Source: Trichoplax adhaerens (taxonomy: Eukaryota; Animalia; Placozoa). From it: DNA of 21,951 bases. This document shows, one piece after another, positions 11,358 through 21,584 of the stretch. The stretch spans positions 1,078,943 to 1,100,893 of the forward strand of contig NW_002060964.1 of assembly GCF_000150275.1 (NCBI RefSeq). The letters run 5' to 3'. Both the position numbers and the translations under genes were made by a program. The notes beneath the pieces were generated by a model. The model worked only from the letters and a program-made list of their open reading frames with translations. It had not been told where the DNA came from and did not search any database. How positions within the stretch are numbered: the first letter of the stretch is position 1; each line of letters begins with the position of its first letter.

Positions 11358-11830
11358 GCTATTTATAGCGTTAATTACTACCTAACTCTGATTCTGAAAT
11401 GGATCAAATTGCTACTATAGTAACTTTGATACAGTATAATGATAGAGAACCTCTTTACTATATAATAGGTTAGTTGTTATCCAATCCTTATTCTAAAGCG
11501 GATCAAATTACTACAGTAATAACTTCGAAACGAAATCAAGTCAGAGTACTTGCTCACTATTTGTGGGATCAATAGTTATCCAATTTTTATTCTAAAGTCA
11601 GATAGACCAAATTACTACCATAATAACTTTGAAACGGAATAATATTAGATCTCTTACTCTCTATCAAGGGGCTTATTGGTTATCTAGTTGCCATTTTAAA
11701 ATAGACCAAATTACTAACATAATAACATGACACGAAAAAATCTTAGAACTTGCTTACTCTTTATACGGTCAATGGTTATATAATCGCTATTTTTAAGATG
11801 GATCAAAATTACTATTATGAAAACTTGTTA
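11358..11830 (+). repeat. ~99-bp tandem repeat, ~5 monomers, downstream of paralog 4
   Basis: ggatcaaa/agaccaaa cores at 11401, 11500, 11604, 11703 and 11800. Confidence 0.88.
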
Positions 11831-13500
11831 TACTGTGGGCAATGATAACGATATCTTCTTTTGATGATATTAGTCTCTTCTACAGTTTTCCTGATTTTAT
11901 CATGTACTTAATCTGGTAGAAATCGAAATCTGTAGGCGACGACAGCTTTTGAACTTACTTTCTTGCTATTTCGAGTATACACGTAGACTCGAATAAATGA
12001 CGCGCAAGAAATGAAAAATACTCGTATGCCCTCGTCCGGCGAACTTGAACCGGAAAAAATTAAAGCAAGCTCTTAACCAATACGCAATATTCAATGACTA
12101 TCAACAAGACTAGTTAAATTATTACAGCCTTATAATAGTAAATTAAAATGATTATAATCATTGATACTAGACTGAATTATGTCAAAGAAATTGATCATAA
12201 TTACGCTACTTTTAATCGCCTCTCATAAGTAAAAATCGTCGCCGGTAAACATTAGTCGGCTTTATTTTATACATGCTATATCTCGTGTACTTTGCATGAT
12301 AACTTTACAGACTTATCAAGGTTAAGGATTTAATGCTATTATTATCGGATTTTATCCGAACATCGATAGGGTCTCGACGAATCTATATTGTTTTGACTAA
12401 TGGAGGCCGAGCCAAAAGTTCATTCAATTTTTTATTTCTCCATAATACACCTAATAGGGTAACGATACAAATACTTTCATTTAATTGTGATTGAATACTA
12501 TATAAATATAATAATGAAAGCTTACTTTAATAATTAAAACTGATTAGAGTGTACTATGGAGCTAATAAAATGAAGCTAGTAATTAAAAATGGGCATTGAA
12601 ATATAACTTTTAATTCTAATTTTGGGCCCATTAAATACTCAATAGTACAGCAAAGATACATTACCTATTTATAAACTGGTAACTGTTAATACATTCTGCA
12701 GCATATTTTATAGAAAATATTGACAGTTAATAGGCTATTATTATAGCTATGTGTTGAGGGTATAAAATTACTTGCTAACTTTCTACCGTATCTAGCTCTA
12801 TTTTTTACTTTAAGTTCTAATTAATTGAGCTATTCAAGACTTGATACTGTTGATAAATGGTTATTAATCGATTTTCTAGCAAGTATTATAGACCAAAGAC
12901 AAGTAGAAACTATCAAGTTACTGTAATCAAAATTATGTCTTAAAACATAATTAAACTCTGATAACTACATGTCCAAAGATTGAAATCATCTTTGGGCTAA
13001 TTAAGTTGATAGCCGTTACTAATAGTATTTCATACTTCATTTTATTAATAAATAGGATTTAGCTCCATAACAAAACTTTAGTAGGTATAAGCATGATTAA
13101 CAAATAATCTGACTTAAAATTTCAATATTGACCATTCTTTTCCCTTAAAATTTTATTATAATCCTTTCTTATTCTGTTCATTCTCGACATTTAAAATAAT
13201 TTGAAACTAAAATAAGACTAACCGCCCAATCGGTCTATACATTCTATTTATTTTAAAGGTAGGCGATATGTATTATAAAAATTGACAATCATTTAACGTT
13301 ACATACTAACACTGTACAAGAGTGCGGATAAGAAGCTATTCAATTAACGTTTATTTAGCGTTATATCGATGATTTATAATTGCTTGCGACTTTTCAGAGT
13401 TACATTAGCAATATCTTTTATCAATGTATAACAATAAATAAGTGATTACATAGTAGTTAAGAGAAAATTACTGAATTAATAAGTATAACAAATTGATGCG

Positions 13501-13763
13501 AAAACACTACTACCAGATGTTACAGCTGTTAAATTTAAAGTATTAATGCATTTGAGATAATTATAACTCGGCTAAGGCTATAAGAGTAAAATTAGGAGAA
13601 TCCTCTTTAATCGTTGAACGTATTTCCAAACTCAATTCAATCAAGAAAGGTTAGATTACAATCAAGTATTAACGGACTCGATCATTCTACGACCAAATAA
13701 GCATATTTAATTGCATCGATCTTTTGCAATAGATATAGATTAAAAATATCAACTCAAACAACT
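13501..13763 (+). promoter_or_regulatory. Conserved upstream block of paralog 5 (putative promoter)
   Basis: CAGATG 13514-13519, CAGCTG 13523-13528, TATTTAA 13704-13710. Confidence 0.45.
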
Positions 13764-14724
13764 ATGTTTAATAATACTACTATTACGCTGCCGCAAGAAA
13801 ATTTTCCTTTCTTAGTCGTCCAGTTTTGCTTTACTACATTGACATTGGTTAGCAATACCGTTCTAGTGGTGATCATGGCGTTCTCTAAAAATTTACACGA
13901 TTTATCTTATAACTTTATTATTAATATATCCATATCCGATATTATTTCAACGATCGGAATGTATACATATGCTGTTACAGCAATGCCAACCGTTTCAATG
14001 TCTAGACCTGTAGGTGCAGTTTTATGTCGATTAGTATATGGGCTTTTGATTGTATCGACTAATACCTCTATTACAAGTTTAACTATGATAAGTATCTATC
14101 GATTAAAAATCGTCACTTGTCCATTAACATTTCGAAACATGGTCATTTTTAAACATTGTTCTAAATTTATTGTACTATCTTGGCTTATGGGCATCGTATT
14201 CGCTATCCCTGCTTTCCTAATAGGAGCTTATAATCCAGCGACAAAAACCTGCGACATTAGTTTCCCTTATGGTAAAGTCTTCAACATTGTCTATTTTTCG
14301 ACTAACTTACTATTTATCTACTTGATTCCAGGAATAATAATGTTAAGAAATTATAGACGTATCACAATCAGCTTATCTTCTCAAATACGTAATAACACTG
14401 CTATAGCTCATGACCGTGAAGCATGTATTAATCGCACAAGAAGCGTTATTCGCGTTTTTATCATCACGACACTGGCACAGACTTTACTGACATTGCCATA
14501 TACTATATCTGTCTTGATTTATTCAATACTCAATCAAAATCATTTCCAGCTACTATTTGATAATCTCCAGTTTTTTTGTAATTTTCTTGCTATTATTTGC
14601 GATCAATATCTTATCCTACTTAGTAAACCCATTTATATTCTTAGTTTTCGATAAAAATGTTAAAATTGCAGCGCATAATTTATATCTTCGAATTAGTGAT
14701 CGTTGTAGTAGTGTAAAATCGTGA
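13764..14724 (+). pseudogene. Class A GPCR paralog 5, +1 frameshift in a T7 run just before TM7; pseudogene or assembly error
   Basis: Length 961 = 960+1. T7 at 14571-14577 versus T6 in paralog 2. The corrected frame reads QFFVIFLLLFAINILSYLVNPFIFLVFDKNVKIAAHNLYLRISDRCSSVKS* ending at TGA 14722-14724. Confidence 0.85.
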
Positions 14725-14792
14725 GCAATTTATCAAAGTAGATGTATCAGATATTATTTTTTACTGGCCACTTCGTATTAAATAGCTTGCAC

Positions 14793-15073
14793 ACTATTTA
14801 TAGCGTTAATTGCTATCTAACTGTTATTCTGAAATGGATCTAAATGCTCTTATAGTAGCTTTGATATGAAATATTAATAGAGAATATCCTCACTATTCAA
14901 GAGGTTTAAACATAGGGTTAATTGCTATCTAGTTATTATTCTAAAATGGATCAAATTACTACTATAATAGCGTGATACGAAATAATGGAAGAGAACTTGC
15001 TTACTCTTATACAGTTCATAGCTATCTAATCGTTATTTTCAAATGGATCAAACTCTCTACTATGATAACTTTG
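14793..15073 (+). repeat. ~99-bp tandem repeat, ~3 monomers, downstream of paralog 5
   Basis: Cores near 14836, 14948 and 15045. They resemble monomers 1, 4 and 5 of the five-monomer arrays. Confidence 0.82.
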
Positions 15074-17230
15074 CTATACTTTAGAGCCATGTTATCGACA
15101 TTATCCTAAAATGATATCAATAAATTATCCGTTTGAATGAATACAAACGTATCCTGCACAAAGAAACACATTAATTAAAGAAAATTTACAGCTAGGCTAT
15201 TTTACTAAACGAGTATACGCTTCCGAGAAGGTAAAATTAGAGATCAAGCCCATACAACAAGTATACTATTATTATATCGGTTTATTTTATATTCAGTAAA
15301 TGGTCTGGAATATAAAAATTGCTTATGTGTATTCTATTCGTCTGCATAGTCTTTACATCTTGACGACTTAAAATAAAGTGCTATGCTTTAATTTTTCTAC
15401 GTTGTTATGTAAGAAACTTGTACAATTACAACTTTACCCAATTTTTATTTTTGTAAATAGCAATATTATTTATATCAATGCATAAAATTGTGTATTTCTG
15501 ATATTTTTTAAATTAAATAAATTACGTTATCAACATAATGACTGCTATATTTAGCTATTTGTGCATTTTTAGCTAAAATTTTAATATTACTTAAGCTCGC
15601 ATGTGGCTAAAAACAATGTATAGTTGACTATGAGCAAACATCGATCGGTCTAAATATAATTTAATTTTATTCTATGTTTGCTCTTATGATTTATTAGCAG
15701 TAATGGCAAACCTTGGCCTAACTACAAATTTTGTTAGCTTCACATGGTAGGGATACGTTTAATCAGCTTTATAACATTATTACTTTATATCTTTAGAACA
15801 CATGAGCTGGTTCTAATACACTCTATTGCTTAGTGTTGAAACATCAGATAAATTACGTAAGAGTTATTACGAAGCGAATTCTCACAAATTTTATATTTCA
15901 TCATCCAGTACTTTTCAGATTTTAATTCGAAAACTTAATTCTATAGCATTTCTAAACACTGTTGTATTTATAGTTTCAATTTCTGAAATTATACTAAAGC
16001 TGATATAATGTATGATGTGCAATGTTATTTTACAGTTATCGTGATTTATCATATACCGTACTTAATCAAGTGGAAATCAAATGCTGATGGGCAACGAGAG
16101 CTCTTGAACTTGTTTGCTTACAATTTCGAGTAAACACGTGCGTTTAAAATAAATGACATGCAACAAATGGAAATTACTCGTATACCGCTCGTCTGGCGAA
16201 CTTGAACTGGAAAAAAATTAAAACATGCTGTCAATCTTTACGCAATATTCAATGGCTATTGCTAAGATTCGTTAAATTACTATAGTATTAATTAGTAAAT
16301 TAAAATGATTTTAACTATTGATATTTGTCTGGATTATGACAAAGAAATTGATAATAATTATGATAGTTTTAATAGCCTTTCATTAAGTAAACATTCTCAT
16401 GGTTGAATATTAGTCAATTTTATTTTGTACAACCTGTATCTCCATAACCTAGTACGATAGCTTCGTAGACTTATCAAGGCTAAGGATTTAATACTATTAT
16501 CTCATACTAATGTCTATAATGTCTCAATGAATCTAGGTTGCCTTGACTAATAGAGGCTGATCTAAAATTTTTTTTAACTTTTCATTTCTTTATAATGTAC
16601 TTAATAGAGTAACAATACAAATATTGTTATTTAATTGTGAACAAATACTGCATAAACATAAGAATTTAATTTTCTTCAATTATCAAAATTGATTAATGTG
16701 TACTACTAAGCTAATAGATGAAACTGATAATTAAAAAATAAGACATTGTAATGTAACCTTTGATTCTAATTTTAGGCCCAATAAATACTCAATAGTACGA
16801 CAAAGATATATTTCCTATTCGTAAACTGGTACCTGTCGATACATTCTACATCATATTTTACAGTAGAAGAAATTCAAAATTAATAGGCAATCATTATAAC
16901 TATACTTGGGGTATAAAATTACTTGCTAACTTTCTGTCGTATCTAGCTCTATTTTATGCTTTAAGTTGAAATCCCAATTAATTCCGAACTATCCAAGACT
17001 TCATACTATAAATGAATAGCTATCAATTGATTTACTAGCAAGTATTACATGCCAAAGACAAGTAGAAACTATTCAGTTACTGTAATGAAAATCATGTCTT
17101 AAAACATAATTGAGCTCTGCTATCTACATATCTAAAGATTAAAAACGTCTTTTGAGCTAATTAAGTCTCATAACCGTTACTAAAAGTATTTGATACTCTA
17201 TTCTATTAATAAATAAGGTTTAGTGCCATA

Positions 17231-17259
17231 GCCAAACTTTAGTCTGCCAAACTTTAGTC
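17231..17259 (+). repeat. 15-bp-period tandem duplication gccaaactttagtc x2
   Basis: Directly visible; single copy at the homologous site in the other units. Confidence 0.85.
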
Positions 17260-17393
17260 GGTATAAGCCCGATAAACAAATCATCAGACTTGAAACTTCA
17301 GTATTGACCATTCTTTCTCCTTGAAATCTTTTGTAATCCTTTCTTATTCTATTTATTCTCTACGTTTAAAAATAATTTGAAACTAAAGTAGGG

Positions 17394-17955
17394 TTATGAC
17401 GAAATCTGATCACAAAAATTCCAAAGTTGTAGAAAATTAGAACTTTATTAGATCTAATACAAAGACTAGCTACACACAGCTCTACTCTAGCTAAATATAA
17501 GTACTGAAAAACTTCCAAAAAGAACAACAGATAATCTAATGTCTCCTGCTTTTATACCTTTCATAGCCTTCGCAGCTACAATCAGCATAGCAACACTCTA
17601 TCATATTTTGCACATATTCAGCTTATTATTAGTCACAATATTTTACAACGAACCATTATTAATCCAATATGGAAATGATTACAACATTTTCGTAGACATT
17701 ATTCCTACCACTCAAAGTATAATGAACTAAGAATATCCTAATATGTGATTTTAAATTCTATTTCTACCTCTAACCTTATTAGTAGCTCAACATCTTTCTG
17801 TATATAGCCATCTGTACTCTAGCATAGAGTCTATCCTTACAGTCTATAATTATGGGCTACTAAATATATCATAAGATAAATATAGAAAAGACACTACCGT
17901 ACGTCATACTAAACATGGCTAATAGTCTACAATTGCAATATTAAGTTACTTTACA
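17394..17955. mobile_element. 562-bp insertion with 4-bp AGGG direct repeats (candidate solo LTR or TE fragment)
   Basis: AGGG at 17390-17393 and 17956-17959. Removing the insert and one AGGG gives aactaaagtagggctaactgttcaattggtctat, matching the empty site aactaaaataggactaactgcccaatcggtctat in unit 2. The insert ends ...TTACA. Element class not determinable. Confidence 0.65.
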
Positions 17956-18156
17956 AGGGCTAACTGTTCAATTGGTCTATATACATGTACTCTATTTACT
18001 TCAAAAAGAACGACATACGTTATAAAAATTGACAATCATTTAACGTTACATTCTTATTACTGTCATTGTAATACCTTTCATTAAGGATAACAACAGATAC
18101 ATGATTATCTAATAGTAAAGAGAAATTAGCTCAATTAAGCATGACAAATTGATATG

Positions 18157-18420
18157 AAAACAATACTGCCAGATGTTACCGCTATCAAGTTTCAAGCATT
18201 AATGTACTAGGGATAATTACTAGACGGCTTAGATTACAAGTGTAAAACTAGAAGAGTTCCCTTTCAATCGTTGAACGTATTTCCAAAACTCAATTTAATC
18301 AAGAAACGCTACGTTATAATCGAGTTATAACAGATTTAATCAATCCACAGTCAAATAGGCTTATTTAATCGTATAGACTTTTAGCTATAATTGTAGATTA
18401 AAATATCCAATTCATTGACT
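18157..18420 (+). promoter_or_regulatory. Conserved upstream block of paralog 6 (putative promoter)
   Basis: CAGATG 18170-18175, second box altered to CCGCTA, TATTTAA 18362-18368. Confidence 0.45.
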
Positions 18421-19380
18421 ATGGTTGATAATACTACTGATACACAATCGCAAGAAAATTTTGCTGTTATAATTATCCAGTTTAGCCTTATTACGTTGAC
18501 ATTGGTTAGCAATATCGCTCTAGTAGGGATCGTGGCGTTCTCTAAAAATTTACATGATTTATCTTATAACTTTATTATTAATGTATCTATATCTGATATT
18601 CTCTCATCAATCATACAGTGTACATATGCCATTACAGCAATCTCAACCGTTACAATATCTAGGCCTGTTGGTGTAGTTATATGTCGATTAGCATATGGAT
18701 CTTTGGTTACATCAGCCAACACCTCTATTGCAAGTTTAACTATGATAAGTATCTATCGATTAAAAATCGTCAGTTGTCCTTTAACATTTCGCAACACGAT
18801 CATTTTTAAACATTGTACTAAGTTTATTATACTCTCTTGGCTTATGGGCGTCGTATTCGCTATCCCTGCTTTCCTAATAGGAGCTTATGATCCAGAAACG
18901 AAAGGCTGTGACCTTGGCTTCCCTTATGATAAAGTCTTTAACATTGTCTATTTTTCGATAACCATACTATTTGTCTACTTGATTCCAGGAATAATAATGT
19001 TAAGGAATTACAGACGTATCGCAATCTGTTTATCTTCTCAAATATCCGATAATACTGCTATAGCTCAAGACCGTAACGCTTCTATTAATCGCACAAGAAG
19101 CGTTATTCGAGTCTTTATCATCGCGGCAGTGGCACAAACATTATTGACATTGCCCTATGTTATATCAGTCTTAACTTACTCAATACTCAATCAGAACCAA
19201 TTTCAGTTACACCTTGATAATCCCCTACTTTCTGTAATCGTCTGGCTATCGTTCGTTATCAATATAGCATCCTACCTAGTAAATCCATTTATGTTCTTAA
19301 TTTTCGATAAAAATATTAGAATTGTAGCACATGATCTATGTCTTCGAATTTATGATAGCTGTAGTTTTACGAAATCATGA
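18421..19380 (+). CDS. Intronless orphan class A GPCR, paralog 6, intact, 319 aa
   Basis: 960 nt from ATG 18421 (tgactATG, homologous to the other starts). Same 7TM anchors: NVSISD, C3.25, SIYRL, LSW, KGCD, YLIP, TLPY, NPFMF. NTT sequon. Confidence 0.95.
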   Translation: MVDNTTDTQSQENFAVIIIQFSLITLTLVSNIALVGIVAFSKNLHDLSYNFIINVSISDILSSIIQCTYAITAISTVTISRPVGVVICRLAYGSLVTSANTSIASLTMISIYRLKIVSCPLTFRNTIIFKHCTKFIILSWLMGVVFAIPAFLIGAYDPETKGCDLGFPYDKVFNIVYFSITILFVYLIPGIIMLRNYRRIAICLSSQISDNTAIAQDRNASINRTRSVIRVFIIAAVAQTLLTLPYVISVLTYSILNQNQFQLHLDNPLLSVIVWLSFVINIASYLVNPFMFLIFDKNIRIVAHDLCLRIYDSCSFTKS

Positions 19381-19451
19381 TTAATTTATCGAATACAAAC
19401 ATCAGATGCAGTAACATTTTTATTAGACAGTTAGTCTTAAATAGCTTGCAT

Positions 19452-20080
19452 ACTATTTATAGCATTAATTACTACCTAATCATCATTCTGAAATGGATCT
19501 AATTACCACTATAGTAATCTAGATACAGAATAGCGATAGAAGACCTGTTCTCTATTTAACAGGTTAATTGTTATCTCATATTAATATTGTTGTATTTATA
19601 GATTCAATTTCCGAAATTATACTAAAATAATGTACTTTATGATGAGAAATGATATTAGCAGTTGTCGCGATTTATCACATAATTAATCTGGTGAAAATCG
19701 AAAGCCGTAGGTCAACGACAGCATTTGAGCTTATCAAATTTTTACTTCGAGTATGCATTTGAAATATACGACATGTAACAAATGAAAAATTCTAAAATTA
19801 GATAGACCGAATAGCTACTGTAATAAATTGGATGCGAAATAGTATTAGAGCACTTGTTCACTATTTATGGGGTTAATGGTTATCCACTCCTTATTCTGAA
19901 ATTAGATAGACCAAATTACTATTACAATAACTTTGATACGAAATATTGTTAAAGCTCTTGCTCGCTATTGACCTGTTCGACGTATAAGATGTTAGAACTT
20001 GCTTACTCTTTATGCTGTTAATAATGGTTATCTTATCGCTATTTCTAAATGGATCAAAATGATTACTATGATAACTTTGT
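19452..20080 (+). repeat. ~99-bp repeat array downstream of paralog 6, interrupted by a ~210-bp spacer module
   Basis: Cores near 19495, then 19805, 19909 and 20051. The stretch ~19583-19790 is a copy of the module normally found after the array. Confidence 0.78.
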
Positions 20081-20479
20081 TATACTTTTATCTTGTTCTT
20101 AATCTGATGGAAATCGAAATCTGTAACACAGCGACAGCACTTGAAATTATGTGTTTATTATTTCGAGTATACATTTGAAATAAATGACATGTAGCAATGA
20201 AAAATACAGTACGCGTATACCGTTCGTCTGGTGACCGTGAACTGGAAAAATAATAAAAGTACGCTCTTAACTAATACGCAATACGTAATGGCTATCACTA
20301 AGACTCGTTAAATTATCATAATCTTATAATAGTACATTAAAATGATTTTAATCATTGACACTTGACTGAATGTCAAAGAAATAGACAACGATTACGCTAC
20401 TTTTAATCGCCTTCCATAAATAAAAGTTGTCTTCGATGAACATTAGCCAATTCTATTTCATACAAACTGTACATATTTC

Positions 20480-20529
20480 NNNNNNNNNNNNNNNNNNNNN
20501 NNNNNNNNNNNNNNNNNNNNNNNNNNNNN
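20480..20529. other. Assembly gap (50 N)
   Basis: Run of N; true size unknown. Confidence 0.99.
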
Positions 20530-21584
20530 CCGGTCGGGGTTCCCACATTAATCAAAAATGTAGTATTTACGATTTTCTTATATTTTCATTTTGTCTTCAC
20601 TTTACTTGCGATCTCATAACCTAGTCGTCGTATTCGCGAGGATTTCAAGACAGACCTCGCTCGATTCCTAACGTAGGGATCTTGTATCTGCGCTATATTA
20701 TGTACCTACAGTATAATACAGTACTTGAAGTTCCCTCTATAGTATTGCAGTATTTATTTATATTATTGTGCACCGTGGGAATTCTAAGGTCGCTTTCTTT
20801 CCATTAAACAATTAATTAATTGACATTAAACATTGTGAGGTTGATAGATCGAGAATCTTCAAAACTTTAGAAAATTAAGATTTATTGAACAAAACCTCCT
20901 TTACGAAGATACAACGTAATCGATTAGCTGAGGATCTCTAAATAACGAGAAAGAACTATCTTACTATACTAAACTACTCGCTTATATACTTTTCCGCGTT
21001 TACTGTCTTAGCACCTTACTTACTACACACTTCAGTATTAGCATCTCAAATACAGGATAGCTTACACCTTTCATTTGAAGCTCTAGTGTGAGCACTGTAG
21101 CGCTCCTCTTTAAAAGGATTACAGTTACTTAGTTAGGTATATTTAATACTTAAGCCTCTAACGAGAATATCTATCACATGTTGAACACAGCATCTACGGT
21201 AGACATTACTAAATATATCATCAACTTAGAATACAATATTACACTGTCTTACAAACGTACTTGCTCGACAAATTTAATAAAAGTGCAGGAAAATACAGTA
21301 AATGAAGTCTTTATTAGTCCCTTCTTAAGTGATGAAAGCGTTGTACGCATTTAGAAAGTCTTCCTTAAATCATTTATTAATTAACTGTAAACATATTCGA
21401 ACACACCTTTGTATCACTAATAAAACATGAAAAAGCGCAATATCAGGGACTCTTACAGAAATATTTCACATATAAAGTCCAAAAAATCTTATCTAACAAA
21501 ATAACTGCCTTTCAACATATTCCCAAACTGACCGAGAAGGACCATTTCCTCTACTCAAAAATAGTTTTCTGCACTACACGAATG
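20530..21584. other. ~1.05 kb of non-unit sequence (possible decayed mobile-element or foreign insertion; left end lost in the gap)
   Basis: No visible similarity to any other spacer. Unit homology resumes at ~21585 (ctaacattgtgcaaaagt versus ctaacattgtacaagagt in unit 3). All frames I read contain multiple stops. Confidence 0.5.

Noticed and set aside
15826-16008. 60-aa ORF
   Set aside because: TTG start, no recognisable motif, and it lies in a spacer block that is fragmented in other units.
17539-17730. 63-aa hydrophobic ORF inside the 562-bp insertion
   Set aside because: Short, no recognisable domain; cannot be supported as a gene without homology or expression.
20427-20624. 65-aa ORF
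   Set aside because: Artefact of reading through the N gap.
21572-21582. CACTACACGAA resembling a CACTA transposon terminus
   Set aside because: Wrong orientation for the right end of the insert and no matching TAGTG partner is visible.
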